Source: Acidobacteriota bacterium
GTDB taxonomy: Bacteria; Acidobacteriota; UBA6911
Direction of reading: 5' to 3'
Length of the DNA stretch: 64,000 nucleotides
Assembly: GCA_016933615.1 (NCBI GenBank)
Contig: JAFGAO010000140.1
Location: 5,320 to 69,319, forward strand
Positions 1 through 9,345 of this stretch are shown here, one piece after another. The notes under the pieces were generated by a model. The model had not been told where the DNA came from and did not search any database. It saw only the letters and a program-made list of their open reading frames with translations. A program made the translations under genes and the position numbers. Each line of letters opens with the position of its first letter. Positions within the stretch are counted from its first letter, which is position 1.

Positions 1-1
1 A

Positions 2-1114
2 CACTCCATAACCGGGACCGAGCCTGCAGAGACCCGCCGGGCGGTCGACGCGGCCGTCAAAAAAACCGGCTGGGCCGGCAGCTACTTCGTGGACGCGGAC
101 CATATCAACCTGGGCAACGTCGACGGCTTCATGGAATGCAGCGATTATTTCACCATCGATGTCGCCGAATACATCGGCAAAGCCGCGCCGGCCGGGGAGA
201 TCCGTCAATTCGTGGACGCCAATAAAAAATATGTCGGCGAGCTCGCGGTCCACAATTCCGTCCGCGCCTTCCCCGTGTCGGAGGAAATGCTTTATCGGGT
301 CGCCGGCAAGTACCTGCACGCCGTGAAGGAGGCCGGGAAAATCTACCGGCACATCCGCGGCAGGAAGCGGGAGAATCCTTTTGTCGTTGAGGTGTCCATG
401 GATGAAGCCGATGCGCCGCAGGCGCCGCCCGAACTGCTTTTCATACTGGCGGCGATCTCGGCCGAGGATATCCCGGTCCGGGCCATCGCGCCGAAATTCA
501 GCGGACGGTTCAACAAGGGAATCGATTATGTCGGGGACATCGGCCGGTTCCGGCAAGAGTTTGAAGAGCTTCTGGCCGCAATCCGATTCGCCGTGGCCGA
601 GTTCGGACTGCCGGACGATCTCAAGATAAGCGTCCACACCGGGAGCGACAAATTTTCCATATACCCGGTGATAAAGAATGCCATCAGGAAATACGACGCC
701 GGCATCCACGTGAAAACGGCCGGGACCACGTGGCTGGAAGAGCTGGCCGGGCTGGCCGAAGCGGATTCCCCGGGGCTGGCGATGGCGAAGGAAATCTATT
801 CCAGATCCCATGCAAGGCTGGATGCGCTTCGTTCCGACTATAGCGCCGTGATCGATATAGACCCCGCCCGGCTGCCGCCCGTTTCCACCGTCAGCCTTTG
901 GAGCGGCAAAGAGTTCGCCGATGCGCTGCGGCACGAACAGGGCTGTCCGGCTTACAATCCGCATTTCAGGCAGCTGCTGCACATCGGGTTTAAAATCGCG
1001 GCCGGCATGGGCGAGCGGTTCCTGAACGAAGTCAAAAAAAACGAAGCCGTCATATCGAAGAACGTAACCGAAAACCTTTTCACAAGGCACATCAGGAGAC
1101 TGTTTCTGGAATGA
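2..1114 (+). CDS. uxaE: Tagaturonate/fructuronate epimerase, UxaE family (5'-truncated by window edge)
   Basis: Frame is open from nt 2 (HSITGTEPAETRRAVDAAV...YFVDADH). UxaE-type motifs DADH, HTGSDKFSIYP and HVKTAGTTWLE. Confidence 0.85.
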   Translation, partial: HSITGTEPAETRRAVDAAVKKTGWAGSYFVDADHINLGNVDGFMECSDYFTIDVAEYIGKAAPAGEIRQFVDANKKYVGELAVHNSVRAFPVSEEMLYRVAGKYLHAVKEAGKIYRHIRGRKRENPFVVEVSMDEADAPQAPPELLFILAAISAEDIPVRAIAPKFSGRFNKGIDYVGDIGRFRQEFEELLAAIRFAVAEFGLPDDLKISVHTGSDKFSIYPVIKNAIRKYDAGIHVKTAGTTWLEELAGLAEADSPGLAMAKEIYSRSHARLDALRSDYSAVIDIDPARLPPVSTVSLWSGKEFADALRHEQGCPAYNPHFRQLLHIGFKIAAGMGERFLNEVKKNEAVISKNVTENLFTRHIRRLFLE

Positions 1115-3246
1115 CGCGACATCGGCGCAGCCTGTTTTTCATCCTGTTTCTTTTCGCAATGTCGGAGGCATCCTGTTCCCGGTCCGGCGGCGAAGCCATC
1201 GACCGGGAAAAGCTCGTCGAGCGGCACTTCCCCCGGCTCAGCGAAGCGGACCCGCTCAGCCCGTTCACCGTGGGCAACGGGGAGTTCGCCTTCACGGCGG
1301 ACATCACGGGTCTTCAGACTTTTCCCGATTTTTACGAAAAAGGAATCCCGCTCGCCACTCAGTCAAACTGGGGCTGGCACACTATTCCCGGCCGTCAAAA
1401 CTACACCCTGGGGGACGCCACGGCGCTTTGGGATTCCTGCGGGCGGCAGGTTCCATACGCATCCCTGCAAAACACGGAGGCGGGACAGTGGCTGCGCGCC
1501 AATCCGCATAGGCTCAACCTGGGCCGGATCGGCTTTTTCCTTTCCGATCCCAACGGTAAAGAAATTACAATCCGCGACTTGAAGAACATAAACCAGACAG
1601 CCGATCTCTGGCAGGGCGTGATACGGAGCCATTTCGAGATCGGGGGCGAATCCGTTGATGTGGAAACGGCCTGTCATCCGGACATCGACCAAATCAGTGT
1701 GAGGATTCGATCCGCTCTTCTCAAGACCGGACGGATCGGGATTCGGTTCGACTTTCCCTATGGAAGTACGGCATGGGGCAAGAATGCGGCCGACTGGGAA
1801 AGACTCGAAGCGCACCATTCGGAAATCATATTCCAGGGCAAGCAGTCCGTTGTCATCGAACGCATTCTGGATGCAGACCGGTATCTTACGGTCATTCAGT
1901 GGTCCGACAACGACGCCCTTTCCCTGAATACCGAACACGCGTTTTCGCTTTCCAGCCCCGGCACGGACCGCTTCGATTTCAACGCGTACTTTTTAAAAAG
2001 TGTAGCGAATGAACCGGCCCCCTCTACGACGGAAACATTTGAGGCGTCCAAAAACCACTGGCGGAACTTCTGGGAATCCGGCGGCGCCGTAGACCTGTCT
2101 GAAAGTAAAGACAGCCGCGCACTGGAACTGGAAAGACGCATCGTCCTGTCGCAGTATCTGACGGCAGTCCAGTGCAGCGGTCACCTGCCGCCGGCGGAAA
2201 CCGGCCTGACCGCCAACAGCTGGTACGGCAAGTTCCACCTGGAAATGCACTGGTGGCACGGAGTTCATTTCGCTCTCTGGAGCCGCCCGGAGGTGCTGGA
2301 AAGAAGTTTTAGTTGGTACAGGTTCATCATGCCGAGAGCCAAAGAAACAGCCCAGAAACAGGGCTATGAAGGTGTGCGCTGGCCCAAGATGGTATCGGTC
2401 GAAGGCAGGGAGGGGCCTTCTTCAGTCGGTGTATTCCTTATCTGGCAGCAGCCGCACCCCATCTATTACGCGGAGTTGCTTTACCGCCGCAATAAAGACC
2501 ATGCCCTACTGGAAAAGTACCGGGAGATCGTTTTTGCAACCGCGGATTTCATGGCCTCCTACGCGCATTGGGACGAAGAATCAGGCCAATATAACCTTGG
2601 GCCTCCGCTTATTCCGGCGCAGGAAATCTACCGGCCCGCGGAAACGGTAAATCCAACCTTCGAGCTGGCGTACTGGAAGTACGGCCTGGAAACGGCTCAG
2701 CTGTGGCGGGAACGCCTCGGAATGCAGCGCGTAGAAAAATGGGACCATGTCCTCGAGCATCTTCCGCCACTGCCGCAGAAAAACGGGCTTTACCAGAACG
2801 CCGAGATGGCTCTCGACACTTTTGAGGACGCAAGTCAGCGCAGGGACCACCCTGCGCTGCTGGGCGCTTTGGGGATGCTTCCCGGCGATGCCGCGGATAT
2901 GGAAACCATGCGCAACACGCTCAAGCGGGTTCTCGAGTCCTGGGACTGGCAGAGCACCTGGGGCTGGGATTATCCCCTGATGGCCATGACGGCCGCAAGG
3001 GTCGGAGAACCCGAATCGGCCATCGATGCACTGATGATGGACGCGCCCAAAAACAGGTATCTGAAAAACGGTCACAACTACCAGGATGAACGATTGCCGG
3101 TTTACCTGCCCGGCAACGGGGGCCTGCTCACGGCCGTAGCCATGATGGCGGCCGGATGGGAAGGGGCCCCGGACGTCGAGGCTCCGGGATTCCCGAAAGA
3201 CGGAAACTGGATGGTGAAATACGAAGGGCTGAGCCCGCTGCCTTAA
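1111..3246 (+). CDS. Secreted glycoside hydrolase, GH65-like/(alpha/alpha)6-barrel, specificity unknown
   Basis: 711 aa with an N-terminal signal. Motifs VGNGEFAFTADITGLQTF, WYGKFHLEM, WGWDYP, YLPGNGGLL. ATGA overlap with the uxaE stop. Confidence 0.7.
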   Translation: MTRHRRSLFFILFLFAMSEASCSRSGGEAIDREKLVERHFPRLSEADPLSPFTVGNGEFAFTADITGLQTFPDFYEKGIPLATQSNWGWHTIPGRQNYTLGDATALWDSCGRQVPYASLQNTEAGQWLRANPHRLNLGRIGFFLSDPNGKEITIRDLKNINQTADLWQGVIRSHFEIGGESVDVETACHPDIDQISVRIRSALLKTGRIGIRFDFPYGSTAWGKNAADWERLEAHHSEIIFQGKQSVVIERILDADRYLTVIQWSDNDALSLNTEHAFSLSSPGTDRFDFNAYFLKSVANEPAPSTTETFEASKNHWRNFWESGGAVDLSESKDSRALELERRIVLSQYLTAVQCSGHLPPAETGLTANSWYGKFHLEMHWWHGVHFALWSRPEVLERSFSWYRFIMPRAKETAQKQGYEGVRWPKMVSVEGREGPSSVGVFLIWQQPHPIYYAELLYRRNKDHALLEKYREIVFATADFMASYAHWDEESGQYNLGPPLIPAQEIYRPAETVNPTFELAYWKYGLETAQLWRERLGMQRVEKWDHVLEHLPPLPQKNGLYQNAEMALDTFEDASQRRDHPALLGALGMLPGDAADMETMRNTLKRVLESWDWQSTWGWDYPLMAMTAARVGEPESAIDALMMDAPKNRYLKNGHNYQDERLPVYLPGNGGLLTAVAMMAAGWEGAPDVEAPGFPKDGNWMVKYEGLSPLP

Positions 3247-3263
3247 AACGGTTCTGATATGCA

Positions 3264-4190
3264 CTACTCGCGGGGCGGGTCGCCGTCATAGCCGCCGGAC
3301 GGGTTGAGAAAAATCCTGCCAGGCTCTCCCGGCAGCGGCAGCATCCAGTCGGGACTGCTGTGCGGGTAAAGCAGCCTGGCCTGCCACTGGATGGCGAAAT
3401 CCTCGGCCTTCATGCCGGGATAGCGTTTGTAAACGCCCTCGACCAGATCCTCCGCGGAATTGACACTGCTGTAGACCTCCTCATAGTCTTCCAGGTAACG
3501 AATGGACCAGTCCACGCAATCGGTATAGGTTCGGGAAGGGTCTTCCCGGACTTCCTCCATGATCCCGATCTTCTCTTCGTCGCAATGGCCCGGTATGATG
3601 ATTCTGGCGTCGAATTCTTTCAGCCTTGCAATATCCTTGCGCCAGAGAACTCTTCGCGCGACATTGCTCTCGATCGGCCAGATGTGGCAGCCGTGAAACG
3701 CGATGTCCGTGGCGCACGCCACCCTGATTGAGGGCACCCAGACCGCGGAATTGTTGATGCTGTCCCCTTCCCAGCCGTCCGAAAACCGGATTTCCTCCCC
3801 TTCCAGTTCAAGCCTGTTTTCCTTCATCGGCATGGGGATGATGGTTGCCGGCGGAATTTCACCGGGCCCGAAACGGTCGATCGCCCACAGGTCCACCTTG
3901 TCGCTGGAGGTGTAGACAATATCTTTGACCACGCTCGGCAAAGCCACGATTTTTGCTTGGGGAAATGCGTGCTTCAACACCGCCAGGCCGAAGTGGTGGT
4001 CGGGGTGGAAGTGGGAGACATAGATGTGCGTCAGACGTTTCCTCATGGGCAGAATCTCGGAGACCATACGGTAGGAATCGCTCAGGATCTGCGAGGCGTC
4101 TATCAGGACCGCATCCTTCTCGCCGTAAAACAAGGTAGAATTGCTGTTGAATCCGAGATAGCTGTGCAGGAAAACCCTGAATTTCAGCAT
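3264..4190 (-). CDS. MBL-fold metallo-hydrolase
   Basis: SHFHPDHHFG (HxHxDH) and IIPGH motifs. Confidence 0.8.
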   Translation of the reverse strand: MLKFRVFLHSYLGFNSNSTLFYGEKDAVLIDASQILSDSYRMVSEILPMRKRLTHIYVSHFHPDHHFGLAVLKHAFPQAKIVALPSVVKDIVYTSSDKVDLWAIDRFGPGEIPPATIIPMPMKENRLELEGEEIRFSDGWEGDSINNSAVWVPSIRVACATDIAFHGCHIWPIESNVARRVLWRKDIARLKEFDARIIIPGHCDEEKIGIMEEVREDPSRTYTDCVDWSIRYLEDYEEVYSSVNSAEDLVEGVYKRYPGMKAEDFAIQWQARLLYPHSSPDWMLPLPGEPGRIFLNPSGGYDGDPPRE

Positions 4191-4362
4191 TGCTTTGACT
4201 CCTCTTTGGAGAATCCCGTTATCATAGGCCCCAATAGGTGTGTTCTTCTAATTTATTCCTGCAACTCAGGGCTCGGGTAATGGGAAAACGCATCCGACCC
4301 GCATAAACATCGTCATGAACCGGTTCGGGGCCCCGGAGCGGCATAGGTCCGGAAATCAAACG

Positions 4363-5526
4363 CTATTTCTTAAGAATTTCTCCCTGCCACAGTGCCTTCA
4401 GAAAATCACGTACGGGTAAAACATGCACCCCCCCTTCCCTCAAAACTCTGTCGCCGAGATAGATGCCGTAGGCCCGGGAAATCATCCCGGCCGTCACGGC
4501 CCGGTGCAGGGCTGAGGAATACTTCCGTTGCCAGACGGAAGCGCTTTTTATCTCGATCCCGATGTTCGCGTCCCCACGGGTCCATATGAAATCGATCTCG
4601 ACGCCCGCCGGAGTGCGCCAATAAGTGATTTCCCCTCCAACTCCCAGGTACATCATCGCCGATCGCAGTTCATGCAGAAGCAGCGTTTCCATCAGCGAGC
4701 CCTTCTCGAAATCGGCCAATGATTCCCTCAACCGGTTTGACAGGACCCGGACCACCCCGGTGTCGAAAAAATAGAACTTGGCCCGGTTCGCCTCTCTTAC
4801 CTTTGCCCGTGGCCGCCATCCCGGCACCCAGATTCCCACCAGGGTATCCACAAGCGTTTCAAAGTAACGCTGGACGGTCGTGCGCGCCACGCCGGCATCC
4901 CGGGCAATCCCTGCGACATTGACAACTTGTCCGTTCATCATAGCCGCGATCTTCAAAAATCGGCCGAAAGAACCAAGATCTTTGACCAGGGCTTCCTGCT
5001 GTATCTCCTCCCTGATGTATGTGCCGGCATAGGCCTCGAGAAGATCCACGGCCAGTTCAGATTTTTGATGGATTGCGGGAAGCATGCCAATGGATAAAAG
5101 CTCTAATATGTTCCCGGGAAAGCCCAATTCCCTTGAGGTTAGAGGAAACATACGCCGCTCGATCACCCTTCCCGCAAGAAGATCCGCATCCATTCTGCGG
5201 AGTTTCCGGGCGCTCGAACCGCTAATGGCAAAGCGATACGCGTCTCCATGAATTGAGATAAGGTCGTGAACCTCCCGCAACAAGGAAGGGAGTCGCTGCA
5301 CTTCGTCGATAACCACCCAGTCCCCGGGGGATCGGGCCTCGACGGCGCCACGAAACAGTTCGGGATTTTGAAGCAGCGGAAGATACTCGCGATCCAGGAT
5401 AAGATTGAACCAGAGAGCGTCTCCGAGATTTTCACGCAGCCAGGTGGTTTTTCCCGTGCTTCGCGGACCGAACAGAAAGAAGGAATGATTCGGAATCAGA
5501 AGATTTCTTGCATACATAGCGGGCAT
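4363..5526 (-). CDS. AAA_14 ATPase with DUF4143 domain (start may be ATG at 5517)
   Basis: Walker A GPRSTGKTT, Walker B VIDEVQ, SGSS motif, KFYFFDTG, C-terminal EIDF...IEIKS (PD-(D/E)xK-like). Confidence 0.9.
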   Translation of the reverse strand: MPAMYARNLLIPNHSFFLFGPRSTGKTTWLRENLGDALWFNLILDREYLPLLQNPELFRGAVEARSPGDWVVIDEVQRLPSLLREVHDLISIHGDAYRFAISGSSARKLRRMDADLLAGRVIERRMFPLTSRELGFPGNILELLSIGMLPAIHQKSELAVDLLEAYAGTYIREEIQQEALVKDLGSFGRFLKIAAMMNGQVVNVAGIARDAGVARTTVQRYFETLVDTLVGIWVPGWRPRAKVREANRAKFYFFDTGVVRVLSNRLRESLADFEKGSLMETLLLHELRSAMMYLGVGGEITYWRTPAGVEIDFIWTRGDANIGIEIKSASVWQRKYSSALHRAVTAGMISRAYGIYLGDRVLREGGVHVLPVRDFLKALWQGEILKK

Positions 5527-5754
5527 TTTACAATGTAATCTGCCCTCTGACTAGTCATTTTATTTCGAGTCCGGGTATTCCGCCCGGCATGGTGCGACGG
5601 GAAATATCGTTTACGGCCCTGAAGCATAATATTTATGCGTTCCCTTTCGATCCCCAAGGAGCCCGCCGTCCGAAGAAAACATCCTCTTGAATGCTTATTT
5701 TCACTGCAAATGCATGAAGAAGGAATATAGAATTGCGTGCCGGGGAGGTTCTGC

Positions 5755-7698
5755 ATGGCGTCGGATGGTTCCTTGCCGGAGATAACGCTTAAAGCCATAA
5801 TATTGGGTGTCCTGTTGTCGGTGATACTGTCGGCGGCCAATGCCTACCTGGGATTGTTTGCCGGGATGACGGTCTCGGCATCCATTCCCGCGGCCGTCGT
5901 GTCCATGGGAATCCTGAGGCTGTTCCGCAGGAGCAATATCCTGGAAAACAACATCGTACAGACAGCGGCTTCCGCCGGCGAAGCCCTGGCTGCCGGCGTG
6001 ATCTTCACGATCCCGGCCCTGGTGATCATGGACTCCTGGGAATCCTTCGACTACCGGCGGGTCACGATCATCGCCGGTTTCGGCGGTCTCCTGGGGGTGC
6101 TTTTCACCATCCCGCTACGCCGGGCCCTCATCGTGGAGGACGGCCTGAAGTTCCCGGAGGGGATCGCGACAGCCGAGGTGCTGGAGTCGGGCCAAAAGGG
6201 CGGCAAAGACATCTGGATTATAGTGAAATCCGCACTGGCGGGGGGGCTCTTTAAACTGGGCGCCGGCAGCGGTTTCGGCCTGCTTCCCGACACCGTCGAG
6301 GCGGCCCGGCGGTTCGGGGGAACCGTCGGGTACCTGGGAACCAACCTGAGCCCGGCCCTGCTTGCGGTAGGATATATCGTCGGGCTCAATATCGCGGTGC
6401 TGATCGTTCTGGGAGGAGCTCTCAACTGGCTCGTCGCCGTCCCGATCTGCGCCGTTATGCAGGAATGGCCCCTCAGAAACGGCGCCGCCATGGCTCCGCT
6501 CGATTTTGCCAACATTATCTGGTCTTCCCAGACCCGCTACCTGGGCGTGGGAGGCATGCTTGTCGGGGGCCTCTGGACCGTCTTCAAGCTGCGCTCCAGC
6601 ATTCTTGGAGGAATCCGCGGCGGCCTGGCCGCCTATCAAAATGCGAAGGACTCCGGACCCGCGCTGCCCCGGACAGAGATGGACATGCCCATGAAGTGGA
6701 TACTGATTCTCATCATAGGCTCCATAGCACCCCTGTTTCTGCTTTACCGGGCTTTCGTGGCCGACATTACCGTTTCCGCGGCCATGGCCCTGATCATGCT
6801 GGCTGCAGGGTTTCTTTTCGCGGCCGTGGCCGGTTACATGTCCGGGATTGTCGGGGCTTCCAACAATCCCATATCCGGGGTCACCATCGCCACGGTTACC
6901 GTCTCGGCCCTTTTACTCGTGCTTCTGATGGGTTCGGGCAATGCGCAGGGGCCGTCCGCCGCCATCCTGATAGGGGCGGTGATATGCTGCGCCGCCTCCA
7001 TAGCGGGGGACAACCTGCAGGACCTCAAGACCGGATATATCGTCAAGTCTACCCCCTGGAAGCAGCAGGTCATGCAGATGGTGGGGACCGTATCCGCGGC
7101 ACTGGTTCTGGCGCCCATCCTGACGCTGCTGCTCAAGGCCTACGGCTTCGCCGGGCACTCTTCCGCCCGGGCCAATCCATTGATTGCGGCCCAGGCCAAC
7201 CTCATGGCTTCCGTGTCCCGGGGCGTGTTCTCGGGCGATCTGCCCTGGGATTTCGTGGGGATCGGCGCTCTTCTGGCCGCGCTGATCATTGTCCTGGACG
7301 AATACCTGCTGCGCAGGGGCAGCTCCTTCCGCACCCCGGTGCTGGCCGTCACCATCGGGATTTACCTGCCCCTGCAGCTGGAAACACCGATCCTGGCCGG
7401 CGGCATCGTATGGTATTTTGTGAAACTCCACCAGCAGCGGAAACAGCACACCCCGGACATTGTCGAAAAGTCCGGCCGCCGGGGCCTGCTTTTCGCGTCC
7501 GGCCTGATCACGGGGGAAGCCATTGTCGGCATTCTGCTCGCCATTCCGATTGTAGCCACCGGCAAACCCGATTTTATGATATTCTTCAAGCACCCTCCCG
7601 CTCTCGTCAGCCGGACGTTTTCCGCCCTGGGGTTGGTGCTTCTGGGCATGATTGCCCTCTGGCTTTACCGGTTGGCGCGCGAACCCGGGACGGAATAG
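5755..7698 (+). CDS. OPT family oligopeptide transporter
   Basis: Polytopic membrane protein with ANAYLGLFAGMTVSASIPAAV, ENNIVQT, FPEG and DNLQDLKTG. GGGGAGG Shine-Dalgarno before ATG 5755. Confidence 0.92.
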   Translation: MASDGSLPEITLKAIILGVLLSVILSAANAYLGLFAGMTVSASIPAAVVSMGILRLFRRSNILENNIVQTAASAGEALAAGVIFTIPALVIMDSWESFDYRRVTIIAGFGGLLGVLFTIPLRRALIVEDGLKFPEGIATAEVLESGQKGGKDIWIIVKSALAGGLFKLGAGSGFGLLPDTVEAARRFGGTVGYLGTNLSPALLAVGYIVGLNIAVLIVLGGALNWLVAVPICAVMQEWPLRNGAAMAPLDFANIIWSSQTRYLGVGGMLVGGLWTVFKLRSSILGGIRGGLAAYQNAKDSGPALPRTEMDMPMKWILILIIGSIAPLFLLYRAFVADITVSAAMALIMLAAGFLFAAVAGYMSGIVGASNNPISGVTIATVTVSALLLVLLMGSGNAQGPSAAILIGAVICCAASIAGDNLQDLKTGYIVKSTPWKQQVMQMVGTVSAALVLAPILTLLLKAYGFAGHSSARANPLIAAQANLMASVSRGVFSGDLPWDFVGIGALLAALIIVLDEYLLRRGSSFRTPVLAVTIGIYLPLQLETPILAGGIVWYFVKLHQQRKQHTPDIVEKSGRRGLLFASGLITGEAIVGILLAIPIVATGKPDFMIFFKHPPALVSRTFSALGLVLLGMIALWLYRLAREPGTE

Positions 7699-7768
7699 AA
7701 ATGTGCCGAGTGCCTGCTATAGTGTCAGAGGTTTTATTCAGTGATTTCTTAAGATAGGAGGAATTCCC

Positions 7769-8626
7769 GTGAAAAACAGTTACACCCGACGCGAAGCCCT
7801 GGAGCTGGGGCTGGGAGCGGTCGCGCTTGCCACATCGAGCGCGGCGGTTTCCGCCGCCCAGACGCCGGACAGGGCCGCCGCGAAGAAGCAAAGCGCCGCG
7901 CCCTCGTTGGCCGATTTCAACAAATACGGTCAGGATCTGGAAACAGCCTTGATCCTGAGGACGTCCCCGGTCGCCGTGAAAATGATCCGGACGGAAGCGG
8001 AGGTCCCGAAAGAAGCCTTCCGGCCCAAAAGGGACGGGAAGTATCACATCGCCCAATGCCAGGCCTTCGGCATGTCCCGGAGGGAAGGGAAAACGGTGGC
8101 CATGCTGAAGGAGGATCACTGGTGCCCGACCGCCCTCATCGCATACGGAATGGTGCCCATGCCGGAAAACAGGTCCATGTACGGAGAATCCTACAGGACT
8201 TTCGAGACCGGGAAATATGCCGGCATAGTCACGGCGCCCCTGAAGAGCGCCACTTTTACGCCGGACGTCGTTCTCATCTACTCGAATCCCGGGCAGATCC
8301 GGGCGCTGCTTCTGACGGTGTACGGCGGCGGCGAGGAGCAGGTCAGCAGCCACATGTTTCTGCCCTCCTGCGGGCATTGCGTCGTGGATCCCATGCAGAC
8401 CGGGAAATACTGCATCGTGCTCCCGGACCCCGGGGAGCACCAGCGAGCCCTGACTCTGGAAGAGGAGTTGATATTCGCCGTGCCGCAGGAGAGGATGCCG
8501 GCGATGATGGCGGCGGTCAACGGCAGGGGCTTCTCCCACAGGGGCCGCTACATGTCCATGCTTCCCGATTTCGAGCAGCCGCAGTTTTACAAGGACATGT
8601 TCAAAAGCTGGGGGTTGGATACCTAA
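7769..8626 (+). CDS. DUF169 family protein with twin-arginine (Tat) signal peptide
   Basis: N-terminus TRREALELGLGAVALA...AAQ. DUF169-like PVAVKM, CQAF...RR and PDPGE. Confidence 0.75.
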   Translation: MKNSYTRREALELGLGAVALATSSAAVSAAQTPDRAAAKKQSAAPSLADFNKYGQDLETALILRTSPVAVKMIRTEAEVPKEAFRPKRDGKYHIAQCQAFGMSRREGKTVAMLKEDHWCPTALIAYGMVPMPENRSMYGESYRTFETGKYAGIVTAPLKSATFTPDVVLIYSNPGQIRALLLTVYGGGEEQVSSHMFLPSCGHCVVDPMQTGKYCIVLPDPGEHQRALTLEEELIFAVPQERMPAMMAAVNGRGFSHRGRYMSMLPDFEQPQFYKDMFKSWGLDT

Positions 8627-8644
8627 TAAAAAGGAGAAAACATC

Positions 8645-9229
8645 ATGCGTATGTTCAGGGTCCCCGGCCTGAAGCCGGGAATTCTTGTCCGTGCCGCGCT
8701 TGCGGCGGCCGCGCTGCTGCTGCTTGCAGCGCCGGTTCCGGCAGCAGGCGATGACGCGACGGTGACGATGGAAACGCTGCTGGACCGGATCCAGATCGAG
8801 GATCTGCTTGTGAGATACTACGCCGACCTGTCCGCCGGCGAGGGCCACGACATGGCCCAGTTCTACACCGAGGACGCCGTTCTCGACGTCAACGGGATGA
8901 TCGCAAAGGGCCGCGCGGCCATTGAGAAGATGTACGGCGGATTGGGGGAAGGCGGATCGGACCAGACGGGAAACAGGGTTCACATGCTTTTGACCAACCC
9001 GGTCATTATCGTTAAAGGGGACACCGCCAGAGCGTGGGTCATCTGGACCGGCATCATAAACGAAAACGTTCGTTTGAGGCCCCGCTTCATGGAGCAGGGG
9101 CGCGAATACGACGAGCTCGTGAAGATCGGCGGGCGCTGGTTCATCAAGAAGCGCACCATCAGCGCCGACAGCGGCATGCCGGCCATCTGGGATGAAACCT
9201 ACAAACCCAGGGAGCACCCGATAGAATAG
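8645..9229 (+). CDS. Secreted SnoaL/NTF2-like protein
   Basis: Signal peptide, DRIQIEDLLVRYY, FYTEDAVLD, YDELVKIGGRWFIKKR. Confidence 0.85.
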   Translation: MRMFRVPGLKPGILVRAALAAAALLLLAAPVPAAGDDATVTMETLLDRIQIEDLLVRYYADLSAGEGHDMAQFYTEDAVLDVNGMIAKGRAAIEKMYGGLGEGGSDQTGNRVHMLLTNPVIIVKGDTARAWVIWTGIINENVRLRPRFMEQGREYDELVKIGGRWFIKKRTISADSGMPAIWDETYKPREHPIE

Positions 9230-9345
9230 GCTTCAAGGCTTTGAAGCGGCAGTCTCGACTCAAGCCCGATTGGGAAATTTCATACGGAGTCTTCCGTCCA
9301 TAGAACAGACCGGGCGGGGCATCTGGACATGCTCCCGGCCGGTCT
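9230..9345. terminator. Two hairpins between convergent genes (probable bidirectional terminator region)
   Basis: GCTTCAA-ggct-TTGAAGC (9230-9247) and AGACCGG...CCGGTCT (9307-9345). No clear U-tract. Confidence 0.5.

Noticed and set aside
5624-5638. Palindrome GCATAA-tat-TTATGC upstream of the OPT gene sharing the core ATAATATTTAT with the yedE box
   Set aside because: It lacks T-N11-A geometry, and the AT-only core is easily matched by chance. Not counted as part of the LysR regulon.
7607-9217. Long antisense and alternative-frame ORFs (e.g. 7607..9217, 11688..13034, 46101..47633, 49166..51394)
   Set aside because: They are shadow ORFs of GC-rich genes on the opposite strand, overlap motif-bearing CDSs and lack domain signatures.
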